A stretch of DNA of 64,000 nucleotides from a virus: the IMG/VR virus record IMGVR_UViG_3300017917_002349, positions 97,939-161,938 of that record; one strand, 5' to 3'. The notes below the pieces were generated by a model, which was given only the letters and a program-made list of their open reading frames with translations, had not been told where the DNA came from and searched no databases. A program made the translations under genes and the position numbers. Each line of letters starts with the position of its first letter. Within the stretch, counting starts at the first letter, position 1. This document shows, one piece after another, positions 9,439-18,555 of the stretch.

Positions 9439-9807
9439 TTATGTGTGGCTTTTCTGCAACAGTTCTGAGTCCGGGCTGCGGATCACGAAAGATTCTGTGG
9501 GGAATCTCTGCTGTATGCTCTTGAACAGCTCATCTTGGTTGCGCCCCTGACCTAGGAACTGCTGGGTGTCAGAGCGATAGGCATAGAAGGTATCCTCGTG
9601 GCACTCCAATTGGATCTGGATCCTAGGAGCTTCCACGGGAGGTTCTGCTGCAGGCTCTGGGAATACGTCGGGGTGTAGATCTCTCAGTTGCTGATCCTTG
9701 ATTCCCAATCGTCGCATCAGCTGCGTGAATGCTGACAGCATGAACAGCTCACAGAGCTTCCAACCTACTATTGTGCCTAGGCTGATGCCTATGAGGAAAT
9801 CAATCAT
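9439..9807 (-). CDS. hypothetical protein with N-terminal membrane anchor
   Basis: 122-aa ORF, coupled. Confidence 0.7.
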   Translation of the reverse strand: MIDFLIGISLGTIVGWKLCELFMLSAFTQLMRRLGIKDQQLRDLHPDVFPEPAAEPPVEAPRIQIQLECHEDTFYAYRSDTQQFLGQGRNQDELFKSIQQRFPTESFVIRSPDSELLQKSHT

Positions 9808-10133
9808 TAGGTTCTCCGGGGTTTGAGCAGAGCCTGGCTTTCCTTGCGCAGTAGTCCCGCTCTGCGGTACATTTCATCTGCGGCCCGGTTCATGCTTTCA
9901 CTTCGAGCTTCGGCTAGCTTGGTGCCGCCGAACTCTCGATCGATGTAGTATTGGATGAGGCTGTTCTTGATCATAGAAGGTAGATCCATGCCCGTGTCCT
10001 CGGGTACGATAAAGCGCACAGGGCAACGACCCCATCCACCGTACTCTACGAATTCTGCATACCAACGTCTATGATCTTTGTTGTAGGGGTCGAAGGCCAC
10101 TAGGGGCCTGCACAAGAACTCAAGTTTGCTCAT
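9807..10133 (-). CDS. hypothetical protein
   Basis: 108-aa ORF with RBS and promoter. Confidence 0.75.
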   Translation of the reverse strand: MSKLEFLCRPLVAFDPYNKDHRRWYAEFVEYGGWGRCPVRFIVPEDTGMDLPSMIKNSLIQYYIDREFGGTKLAEARSESMNRAADEMYRRAGLLRKESQALLKPRRT

Positions 10134-10225
10134 TTATCTATCTGGATCCTCTTGGGTCTATATTATATATCTTATTATATACAAAGTATTGGTCAAAGTC
10201 AACCTACTAGCAGCGGGGCGGTGAT

Positions 10226-10256
10226 AAAAAAACCCACTGTACGTGCATACAGTGGG
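10226..10256 (-). terminator. intrinsic terminator
   Basis: CCCACTGTA/TACAGTGGG stem plus T7. Confidence 0.85.
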
Positions 10257-10287
10257 TCCAAGTTACCGCCGCCGGGAGCGAATCGGT

Positions 10288-10593
10288 TTAGGCAGTAACA
10301 GCCGCTGTCTTCGCGACAGTGACCTTGACACCTGCTTTGGGTGCAGGATTCTTTTTCTCGCAGTAGGCGATGGCAGCTTGGATAGCGGCATTGCCCGAGC
10401 CAAAGCCCACGGACTTGAGATGCTGTACAGCTTCAGCCTTGGTCATCTCGTTGGGCAGCTCTACGAGATCCACATCAGTATGACCGTTCTTAGCGAGGAT
10501 CTTGATGCGCATCACATCATTGGCAAAACGTAGCTTGGTCTTGCCTTCAAGGGTTGAAACGCCTGCAACAGCAAATTTCTTATCAGTAGCCAT
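10288..10593 (-). CDS. small basic protein, possibly nucleic-acid binding
   Basis: Lys/Ala-rich C-terminus, own promoter, 5' hairpin and terminator. Confidence 0.75.
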   Translation of the reverse strand: MATDKKFAVAGVSTLEGKTKLRFANDVMRIKILAKNGHTDVDLVELPNEMTKAEAVQHLKSVGFGSGNAAIQAAIAYCEKKNPAPKAGVKVTVAKTAAVTA

Positions 10594-10675
10594 TTTCAAA
10601 TCTCCAAAAGTGTGTGTATGAATCTGCCAATCCTTTTATTGGCATAGTTTACTATAGCACAACTATCCAAGTATG

Positions 10676-10867
10676 TCAACCGATCGGTTGCCCAATTTGT
10701 GGAATCACTTGGATAGTCACGCTTTCCTTCTCGTCTAGGGCGGCGATAAACTCGTCATCATAGACCAGATCCTGCATGGCCAAATCAATCATTGATTCGA
10801 CCCGATCCAGATCTGCTTGGCCTGGGCCAGAGCAGATCACGGTAAATGTGTAGGCAAATGTTCTCAT
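10676..10867 (-). CDS. hypothetical protein
   Basis: 63-aa coupled ORF. Confidence 0.65.
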   Translation of the reverse strand: MRTFAYTFTVICSGPGQADLDRVESMIDLAMQDLVYDDEFIAALDEKESVTIQVIPQIGQPIG

Positions 10868-11484
10868 CCTATCAAACTACGGCGCTGTTCAGCACCATCC
10901 TTGATCCATTCTGTGAGCTCTTCTTCGTTCTCACGCTCCCATTCACGGATGCTCTCCGAGATACCAAATGCTTCGTCCAACTCCGGATAGTTCTGCTCGA
11001 TCTCGTCGGCACCCATGCCTTCTAGACTGAAATCATCGCAGGAGCCTTCAGAGTATTCGCCAGCAAATGCCATACCACCTTCATAGAACAGGGCATTGAC
11101 ACGGAAACCCAGTTGCTCGAGCTTCTGGTAAGCATTCACGGGTGGAGCCCATGCTGAGTCGAAGCAGGTGTGTAAGATCCGACCATCTGGATGGATATCC
11201 TGATTGCCCGATTCGCCTACATCCCATTTGGTGCCCCACTCATTGGTGCAGAAATCATACCAGTTGCCGTAGCCATACTTCTCTACATTGCGTCGAGTCT
11301 GTGCTTCCAGAGCCTGCTGTTTCTCGTCGTCACCGTAGGAACCACTCATAGTTTCTGTGAGTTCTTTGGGCACAGGAATGAACTCTTGCAGGAACTCTCC
11401 CCGCTCAAGTGCATCGTAGGCCCGCTTGATCATCGCTGGGTCATCGTGTTCTAGTGTGACGTTATTGTTGCACCAATTCGGCAT
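10864..11484 (-). CDS. DUF1281/YubB-like protein
   Basis: MPNWC.N start, NWYDF..NEWGTKWD, FDSAWAPP. Confidence 0.75.
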   Translation of the reverse strand: MPNWCNNNVTLEHDDPAMIKRAYDALERGEFLQEFIPVPKELTETMSGSYGDDEKQQALEAQTRRNVEKYGYGNWYDFCTNEWGTKWDVGESGNQDIHPDGRILHTCFDSAWAPPVNAYQKLEQLGFRVNALFYEGGMAFAGEYSEGSCDDFSLEGMGADEIEQNYPELDEAFGISESIREWERENEEELTEWIKDGAEQRRSLIG

Positions 11485-11518
11485 AGTCGCTCTCCTAAGT
11501 CAAGTTAGTATTATACAG

Positions 11519-11743
11519 TCAACGGCTCAAAATGTCAACCAGTTTTTGGTTCTGGAAATCTTTGTATCTGCGATCCAATAAGGAGTCTACGCTGTCCACG
11601 AGGGTCTGTTCCATGAGTGTGGCATTTCTGCCACAGATCTGTTCCACCGTCCGCAGGATCTTGTGCTGTGCCATGGGGCTGTATTCACCGGACTCCAGGG
11701 CCTCTACGGCTCTGCGAATGTATTCATGTTCTTGGGGGGTCAT
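11519..11743 (-). CDS. hypothetical protein
   Basis: ORF in a coupled run. Confidence 0.6.
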   Translation of the reverse strand: MTPQEHEYIRRAVEALESGEYSPMAQHKILRTVEQICGRNATLMEQTLVDSVDSLLDRRYKDFQNQKLVDILSR

Positions 11744-11954
11744 AGTCTTTCACCATACGGTATAGGGGTTCAATTTCTTCACAGTCTACAGCAGAGAATT
11801 CGTCATCTCTCCAATCCACGAACTCTGTGCGGACTGGATCTCCATAGTTGCCATCATAGGCTAGGCTCAGTGCTTCCTCTTCCGAGTCCGCTTCGATCTC
11901 GTAGTATTCATCGATAACAGCGGCACGAGCTAGGGTGAACTTGAATCTAGCCAT
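11724..11954 (-). CDS. hypothetical protein
   Basis: ORF in a coupled run. Confidence 0.7.
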   Translation of the reverse strand: MARFKFTLARAAVIDEYYEIEADSEEEALSLAYDGNYGDPVRTEFVDWRDDEFSAVDCEEIEPLYRMVKDYDPPRT

Positions 11955-12193
11955 CAGTAATCCGCCGTGACACGACCGTTATCATAGGTAAGGAATACCT
12001 TGCCCGTTTCCACTTGGCCTGTGCCAGCTTCGTCGAAGTAGGTTACCTTATAGCAGAACTGACCGCCATTGGTGATACCTACAAACTCTGCGGATTCAAA
12101 ACTAGCACCTGTGTAACCACTGACTGCTAGAGCACGGGCCAGGCCCTGCCTAGTGAATGTGGTTAAGGTCTTGAGCGTGTCTGCTGTGATCAT
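11954..12193 (-). CDS. hypothetical protein
   Basis: ORF in a coupled run. Confidence 0.7.
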   Translation of the reverse strand: MITADTLKTLTTFTRQGLARALAVSGYTGASFESAEFVGITNGGQFCYKVTYFDEAGTGQVETGKVFLTYDNGRVTADY

Positions 12194-12414
12194 TAGGCAC
12201 CCCCGTAGTAGATCGCATCCTCATCGGCTGCATTCTCAGCGTATTCTGCGGGGTCCTCATCACAATCCTCGCTAAGGATACGCTGGACTTCTTCTGGCTT
12301 CAACTCTAGGACGCGGGCGATAGTCAGCACGGTCTGTGCGTCCTGCCCAAAATCGTCACCCATGTCGTGGGCCATTTCCTGCACTTCTATTTCCAAATTG
12401 CTGAAAAATCCCAT
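12193..12414 (-). CDS. small acidic protein
   Basis: Start moved to the ATG behind AGGAGAGCGA. Confidence 0.7.
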   Translation of the reverse strand: MGFFSNLEIEVQEMAHDMGDDFGQDAQTVLTIARVLELKPEEVQRILSEDCDEDPAEYAENAADEDAIYYGGA

Positions 12415-12463
12415 TGTCGCTCTCCTAAGTATGTGTATATTATAACACACCCTATCCAATCTG

Positions 12464-12793
12464 TCAACCGATTTCTGCCACGTGTTTGCAGTTGCCACGG
12501 AAGGTGAATCCCGGACAGGTGCAGGTCTTGTCCTCTAGATTAACAAAGTAGGAGTTGCCTTTGGATCCCTTGATCTCCACGGTCGCATTCTTGGCTGCAT
12601 TCTCAGGGGCCTTGAATGGATTGGGCTTGACTGTTTCGAACTTGCGTCCCCGCTTGTCGAATCCTTTGATTCCGTTCTTGAAATACTTGATCTCTTTGGT
12701 ATCATGCCGTTGGTAGGCAATCAGCGTGGTGCCATCTAGTAGGTAAACATGGGGATGGAAGGCACCCCCAGTGGTTTCACGCAGTGCTTCCAT
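12464..12793 (-). CDS. SWIM zinc-finger protein
   Basis: GSKGNSYFV...CTCPGFTFRGNCKH. Confidence 0.8.
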   Translation of the reverse strand: MEALRETTGGAFHPHVYLLDGTTLIAYQRHDTKEIKYFKNGIKGFDKRGRKFETVKPNPFKAPENAAKNATVEIKGSKGNSYFVNLEDKTCTCPGFTFRGNCKHVAEIG

Positions 12794-13059
12794 TAACGGT
12801 AGTCCTTACGATCACCAAATCGTTCGTTCCAATCGTAGCCAGCCATGTATTCAGCCACTGACTCTTTATCGGAGACTTCAACGCGGGGTCCGGAGTCGCT
12901 ACCAACACCGCCATAGTGCGGCTGTGGACGACGACCGTAGTAGGAATCGGCACTGCCACGATCATACAAGCAACCGTGAACTCCACGCACAAACGGAAAA
13001 CCCTTAAGGGCCCGGACAACACGCTCTTGCTCTGTTTCAGTTTCTAGTTTAATATACAT
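12793..13059 (-). CDS. hypothetical early protein
   Basis: YDRGSADSYY motif; promoter and RBS. Confidence 0.75.
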   Translation of the reverse strand: MYIKLETETEQERVVRALKGFPFVRGVHGCLYDRGSADSYYGRRPQPHYGGVGSDSGPRVEVSDKESVAEYMAGYDWNERFGDRKDYR

Positions 13060-13123
13060 CTTCGCTCCTGTTATCTAACTATGACTCAAGTATAGCACCA
13101 AAATGGCACCCTGTCAACCAAAA

Positions 13124-13444
13124 TCAACGAGGAATACGAACTACGATGCCCTGTGGCGTAGAAACAACAGCATAGCCCTTGCTCTCAAGAATGCTCACGG
13201 CCTCACGAGCCATGGCGCGATCTCTCTTTATGGCACCCTCAAGTTTCACAGCGATGAATTTCTTGCGGTAGTTGATGTAGCTCTCAGCGTAGGCGAACGC
13301 TGTATCCAAAAGGTCCAGAGCTCGCTGTGCCATGCACTGCTGCTGGGGGGTGTAGGTGCAGGCCAGTTCTCTGTTGCGGTAGTAGGCATTGAGGGCTGCC
13401 CCGCGTTTGTTGTCATCTGCATCACGATAGTTTAGTTGTTTCAT
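13124..13444 (-). CDS. hypothetical early protein
   Basis: Promoter and RBS; start corrected. Confidence 0.7.
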   Translation of the reverse strand: MKQLNYRDADDNKRGAALNAYYRNRELACTYTPQQQCMAQRALDLLDTAFAYAESYINYRKKFIAVKLEGAIKRDRAMAREAVSILESKGYAVVSTPQGIVVRIPR

Positions 13445-13519
13445 TTCACGCTCCTTATGTTCACTGTACCTACAGTATAACACCGAAGAATCAAAATGTC
13501 AACCAAAATGTCAAAGACC

Positions 13520-13879
13520 CTAGACTATCAAGGGTTTCTTGTAGGGGTCCCTACGATCACTCCAGATCTTGTAGCTGTGGTTGGCACGTACCCAATCTGC
13601 AAATGTCTGTGGCTCAGTCTTGAACCAGGCCTGGATATCGTCTGGACCAATATCTTCCGTGCTGGTAAACACGTAGATTTCGTAGTGACGATGCTGGTTA
13701 TACTGTGCTCGAAGTTTCAGTGCTGTAAGGTTAAAGCCCATGGGCTTCTCTACCTTCTTGCTTTGTTTTATCGAATCAAACAGATGGTTCTTAGCCCAGT
13801 TGTCAGGGTGGTGTTCCGTGATCTCTTCAAAGAACTCCACCCCCTCACAGTCCCAAGAGACTATGTAATAACGTGTCAT
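13520..13879 (-). CDS. hypothetical protein
   Basis: 119-aa ORF. Confidence 0.7.
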   Translation of the reverse strand: MTRYYIVSWDCEGVEFFEEITEHHPDNWAKNHLFDSIKQSKKVEKPMGFNLTALKLRAQYNQHRHYEIYVFTSTEDIGPDDIQAWFKTEPQTFADWVRANHSYKIWSDRRDPYKKPLIV

Positions 13880-14389
13880 GAGTTTACTGTGTTGTGCGGA
13901 TCGAATTCTTCCTCAGAACCAACTCCATTGGAGTCTAACCATTGATAGATCAGTTCCAGAGGACAGTCCAGTTGCAGGGCGATGCTCTTAGGGCCATAGC
14001 CCTCGATGTAGAGCTGCTCGATGTCATAGGCTAGATCGCTGAGACTCATCGTGCAGTCTCCTTCATGACTTCCTGGGTCTTACCCACAGCCTTATCGATA
14101 GCGGATGCTACGCCTGATACTCCAACAGTGGCCACAAACATACCTGCAATGAATGCCATTAGAATTTTCATGACTACTCCTTAAACAAACGCCCAATAAG
14201 AACCTACGGCTATTGCATAAACAGCAACAGCGTAGCCCAACATCTTTAGATCTTCTTTGAACAAATCCATGCTTGCTCCTTGAACATTTACGATACCTAT
14301 AGTATACAACCAATCTAGGATTTTGTCAACTACGCACACGTATAACAGCGGGGCCTGTAGCTAAAAAGCCACATCCCCTGGCACTCCTG

Positions 14390-15595
14390 TCAAGCTGTCT
14401 CTCTTTCGTAGATCACAGTCTGTCCAAAGGGTGCTTCTGCCTTGTCGTTGCCTTTGACAACGAATATGGTATCGCAGTAGTCCTCTTCACCCCAACCACC
14501 ACAAGGGTAGCCGTCCGTGAACATGATAAACTTCTTAGGACGAATGTCATTCTCCTGCATGAACTGCCAGTTGACTTCGAAGTCTGTGCCACCACCGCCC
14601 TGAGGTTCGTAGTCTAACAGGTCTTCACTGTTATCATGTGTGATCTCTTTGTGGTTATAGATCTCTGTGTCAAAGCACCACAGATTGACCTTGAAGTCCT
14701 CGAACTGATCCATGATGCCCTTGATCTCGCCTAAGAAAATAGTTGCATCTTCTTCACCGATACTACCACTCATGTCCATAGAGACCGCTACGTCGATGGT
14801 AGTGGCTTCCTTCATGCCCGGAAGGATAGCACCTGAGTGCATACTCTTGCGATTCACACGCTGGAAGGAATAGTCATTGCGGACGATGCTTTGGATCTCT
14901 TGGCGAACCAACTCGCGCCACGAAATCTTAGGCTCAGTCATAGACTTGATCATACGCATGATGCCTGCGGGGGTCTTACCTGCACCAGCGGCCGCGGCAC
15001 TCTGGATCATAGCCTCTTTGATCTCATCACGGATACGCTGAGCATCTTCCTTGCTCATGCCAGGACGATTGCCTTTGCCTTCTTTGTCGTCGCCTTCACC
15101 ACCTTGGCCGTCACCTTCTTTGATGTGCTCGTCAAGCAGATCGCCCAATTGCTTGAGCAGTTGATCCATAGGGATCTTCTCTGCCTTCTCATAGAGATCG
15201 TCGTAGATCTCTTCCCAGGCCATGCCACGGTACTTGGCATCATAGCAGATCTTGACCTGTGTGATTTTCTCGCCGATACGCTCGTCTACGAGGATCTGGT
15301 TCACAGCGAAGTCCTGTGCGATGTTGCTGAGCTGACGATCGCGACTACCAACACGGCCAAAGTGATCAAACACGCAGTGACAGATCTCGTGACCAAACAG
15401 GAATTCAAGTTGTTTAGGCGAGAGCTTCTCTACGAACTTGGTATTGTAGTAAAAGTCTCGTCCATTGGTTGCGGCAGTAGGACACCACTCGTCTGCGTTA
15501 ATAAGACGCATACGGGTTGCCATGTTGCCAAAGAAAGGAGCCTTGAGCAGTAGGCCTACTCGGGCTGTGATAAGTTTTTCTACGATTGGATCCAT
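14390..15595 (-). CDS. VWA-like domain / putative metallopeptidase (DUF2201-like)
   Basis: TAATNG, HEICH (HExxH), MIDAS DMSGS, GGGGTDF, FTDG. Confidence 0.85.
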   Translation of the reverse strand: MDPIVEKLITARVGLLLKAPFFGNMATRMRLINADEWCPTAATNGRDFYYNTKFVEKLSPKQLEFLFGHEICHCVFDHFGRVGSRDRQLSNIAQDFAVNQILVDERIGEKITQVKICYDAKYRGMAWEEIYDDLYEKAEKIPMDQLLKQLGDLLDEHIKEGDGQGGEGDDKEGKGNRPGMSKEDAQRIRDEIKEAMIQSAAAAGAGKTPAGIMRMIKSMTEPKISWRELVRQEIQSIVRNDYSFQRVNRKSMHSGAILPGMKEATTIDVAVSMDMSGSIGEEDATIFLGEIKGIMDQFEDFKVNLWCFDTEIYNHKEITHDNSEDLLDYEPQGGGGTDFEVNWQFMQENDIRPKKFIMFTDGYPCGGWGEEDYCDTIFVVKGNDKAEAPFGQTVIYERETA

Positions 15596-15652
15596 TAGTC
15601 GCTCTCCTTACTGTATGTATCTATTATAGCACCTCGGGCCCTAGTTGTCAAC

Positions 15653-15695
15653 CAAAAAGAAACCGGGCAGTGTTGCCATACTACAACACCCCCGG
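15653..15695 (-). terminator. intrinsic terminator ending the structured MoxR 3' UTR
   Basis: CCGGG-GGTGTTG/CAACACT-CCCGG stem followed by TTTCTTTTT. Confidence 0.65.
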
Positions 15696-15777
15696 CACCC
15701 TCCGCCAGTGACTAGATGGCGCGGAAAAGGGTGGGCTAGAGCCCTGGGGAGCCCTAGCCCTAGGCTACGGTGAGGTC

Positions 15778-16866
15778 TTAATTGTTCTCCATAGCCGTCA
15801 ACACATACTTGCCGAAACGCTTGTGGAACTCGTCGAAGCTCTGCATCTTGGTAGCGTCAAAGGGCAGGTTGTAGTTGGTGAGTCCAGTCTTGGCACCCAT
15901 GACAACCAGCTCAGTCGGGAAGTTATCCATCATGTAGCGGAAGAACAGGTCAGCCTTGTCGTCAAACTTCTTGTCCTTTTTCTCAGCGGCATCCTTGAGC
16001 TCGTAGCAGAGGCTAACGGTCAATGAATACATGGCACTGACTTCTTTGATAGCCAAGTCCTTGACCTTGCCTTCGAGGATGTCGGAAGCCTTAGGCAATT
16101 TGCCTGCGATCTTGCGGTGAGCCATAAACTTCACAGCCAAACCGTCACCGATAGCACCTGCGATCAAGTTCTGCAGGGTCTCGTTGTCAGTGTCATCGTC
16201 ATTGAGCAGGTCGCTGACGAACACCCAAGAACGAGGAGTCGCAAATGACTTGCTAGGGCTCTTAGGATCGAAGTCATAGAGGTCTTGCTTGGCAAAACCC
16301 ACATAACCAACGACCTCAGGGTGGATGTCGTTCATAACAGCCCACTCTTGGAAGTCATCGAAGTCTACCTTCATCTCCAAGTGGACGAAACGGTTTGCCA
16401 ACGGAGCAGGCATACGGTAGGTAACACCACGGTCGCCTTCACGGTTACCAGCGGCAACGATGTCCACGCCCTTGGGCAGTTCATAGGTGCCTACACGGCG
16501 GTTAAGGATCAACTGATAGGCCGCGGCTTGCACGGCAGGAGGAGCGGAGTTAAGCTCGTCCAAGAAGATCAATGCAGTGGAGTCTGCATTGGTAGGCAGT
16601 TCTGCAGGAGGAGCCCAGACCATCTTGCCCTGCTCTGCATTGTAATAGGGGATGCCCTTGATGTCTGTGGGTTCCCAAAGAGCCAGACGAACGTCAATGA
16701 CCTCACGGTCCATCTCAAGACCGATCTGCTTGACGATATCGCTCTTACCGATACCTGGAGGGCCCCACAGGAATGTAGGACGGCGAACTTTGATCGCCTT
16801 ACGGATCGCCTTTTTGGCGCTCTTAGGGCCACATTGACGAACGGAAATATCTTGTGCTTTTGCCAT
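15778..16866 (-). CDS. MoxR-like AAA+ ATPase
   Basis: Walker A GPPGIGKS, Walker B IFLDE, AAGNR, LANRF, TPRSW; adjacent to a VWA partner. Confidence 0.9.
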   Translation of the reverse strand: MAKAQDISVRQCGPKSAKKAIRKAIKVRRPTFLWGPPGIGKSDIVKQIGLEMDREVIDVRLALWEPTDIKGIPYYNAEQGKMVWAPPAELPTNADSTALIFLDELNSAPPAVQAAAYQLILNRRVGTYELPKGVDIVAAGNREGDRGVTYRMPAPLANRFVHLEMKVDFDDFQEWAVMNDIHPEVVGYVGFAKQDLYDFDPKSPSKSFATPRSWVFVSDLLNDDDTDNETLQNLIAGAIGDGLAVKFMAHRKIAGKLPKASDILEGKVKDLAIKEVSAMYSLTVSLCYELKDAAEKKDKKFDDKADLFFRYMMDNFPTELVVMGAKTGLTNYNLPFDATKMQSFDEFHKRFGKYVLTAMENN

Positions 16867-16941
16867 TTAAGACCTCACTAAAGTTAGAACAAACAAACTG
16901 CTTTCCCAGTATCATTATTGTAGCACCTCTCGGTGCAGTTG

Positions 16942-17577
16942 TCAACCACTGATTTTCACGTAGTTGAGCTGTGTGGCGCCGTTGCCACGGTGTTGCTTGA
17001 TCTTGCCCTTGATGCGCACAGTGCCCTGGAGTTCCTTGGTATGCCAGAAATCCACGATGCTGTCACCCATACGTGCATCCATGCGGTACTTGCCATATTC
17101 TGCGTTGTACCGTGTGCGGATCACAGTGACATCACCCACGATGGTATCACCTACAGCGCCCGGGAGCGGTTGGGAACTGAAGATCTCTCGCTTGAGTTCA
17201 GCATGCGCAGCATCACGCAAGGCCACTGAGGGCAAACAGCTGATCACAGCGAAATCGTAGATATCACGACCCGTGAACTCTTCTTTGGCTGCAATCCGCA
17301 TGGCAGTCTGCTGGAAATCATTCATCTTGCCTGTGAGAGCCAACAGCGTGTATGATTTGAAGTGATCCCGGGCTGAGCGTCCTGCAGCGTAGTCGGCTTC
17401 AGTGATCTGGGTGAAATCGTTGTCGCGGAGCCATTGCTTGACCATGGCTTTGTTGGCTCGCTTGTCGACCACGTAGCTTTCGTCGATATAACGGCCTTTG
17501 TCCTCTTTGAGATACTCACCGTTGATGCGTTGAGCTGCTGCCGCGGCACCCCAAACTTGATCTGCTGTAAATTGCAT
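16942..17577 (-). CDS. hypothetical protein, possible C-terminal OB-fold
   Basis: 211 aa, beta-rich C-terminus ending TQLNYVK. Confidence 0.7.
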   Translation of the reverse strand: MQFTADQVWGAAAAAQRINGEYLKEDKGRYIDESYVVDKRANKAMVKQWLRDNDFTQITEADYAAGRSARDHFKSYTLLALTGKMNDFQQTAMRIAAKEEFTGRDIYDFAVISCLPSVALRDAAHAELKREIFSSQPLPGAVGDTIVGDVTVIRTRYNAEYGKYRMDARMGDSIVDFWHTKELQGTVRIKGKIKQHRGNGATQLNYVKISG

Positions 17578-17684
17578 CTATCGCTCCTTGCTATTCACTA
17601 TACCTCTAGTATACGATCTTTTGGCCCAGTTGTCAACCGTTTTGGGGAGTGCCGGCGGGTGTGGCTTTTCTGCAACATATGGTC

Positions 17685-17712
17685 AAAAAAACAGGGCCTA
17701 GTAAGGCCCTGT
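17685..17712 (-). terminator. intrinsic terminator
   Basis: ACAGGGCCT/AGGCCCTGT stem plus T-run. Confidence 0.85.
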
Positions 17713-17758
17713 CAAAACCGCCCCGGGAGCGAATCGGCTTGGTTTTGAGGAGCGAACC

Positions 17759-18034
17759 TTAGGCTACGGTCCAACCAGCTGCCTTGGCCATGTAACCAAG
17801 TGCTACGATTTCACGGCTGGGTTGACCCAACTCGTACTCAGTGACTGTGACACCGTTGCCTGCTGTGCGGCTGTTTGCGTAGACAGCATAACCACCTTGA
17901 CGGATGCGGCTAGCTTCTGCGGCTAGATTCTTTACACCAAAACGCTTGCTGGCCTGAGCGGCTGTAAGAGTTTCACCATTGTAAAGAGCTTGGAAGACCT
18001 TGAAAGTCTTGGTTTCGGGATTGAATCGCTTCAT
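17759..18034 (-). CDS. winged-helix-like DNA-binding protein
   Basis: GETLTAAQASKRFGVKNLAAEASRIRQGGY HTH-like pattern followed by a beta wing. Confidence 0.65.
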   Translation of the reverse strand: MKRFNPETKTFKVFQALYNGETLTAAQASKRFGVKNLAAEASRIRQGGYAVYANSRTAGNGVTVTEYELGQPSREIVALGYMAKAAGWTVA

Positions 18035-18131
18035 GTTTTTTCCTCTAAATGTTATAGCTGATTACTTGTTTTTCAGCGTCCTTATAATATACTATAATCC
18101 AAAATATATTGCAAGGATCAATATTACCAAA

Positions 18132-18332
18132 TTACTTTTTACTAACCTTTACGCTGGGCACAGCCATGATAACAGCCGCAGCCAACCAGGTGTAAAAGGT
18201 ATAGGGCAGCACATGATTAGGCCAGAGATGCTGTCCAAATTCGTTAATGGCCCAGATAAAGGCCAATGGCCCAATGGCTACAAAGAACACTACCACAGCC
18301 ACCAAGCCCACGATAGTCATGAGTTTATTCAT
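18132..18332 (-). CDS. small membrane protein
   Basis: Two hydrophobic segments. Confidence 0.65.
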   Translation of the reverse strand: MNKLMTIVGLVAVVVFFVAIGPLAFIWAINEFGQHLWPNHVLPYTFYTWLAAAVIMAVPSVKVSKK

Positions 18333-18555
18333 CGTCTTTCTCCTGTGCAGCAGCCAAGGCAGCGATTTCAGCGTCGATGGCCCGCTCTTTCTTCTTACCA
18401 GCCAGTGCAGTGCCTCGCTGATACACCTGCCAATAATGATCCCCGCAGTAGCTCTTGCCCTGAAGCACAGCTGAACCGCAGTAGTGGATCGAACCCCTTA
18501 GGGGGTCCTGATCCGGACCAATCCACTGGCACTCACGGATTGGAATGTCTACCAT
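18325..18555 (-). CDS. GcrA C-terminal-domain-like protein
   Basis: ECQWIG...YCG...SYCGDH...VY matches the Cys/His spacing of the GcrA C-terminus; TAATG coupling. Confidence 0.55.
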   Translation of the reverse strand: MVDIPIRECQWIGPDQDPLRGSIHYCGSAVLQGKSYCGDHYWQVYQRGTALAGKKKERAIDAEIAALAAAQEKDDE

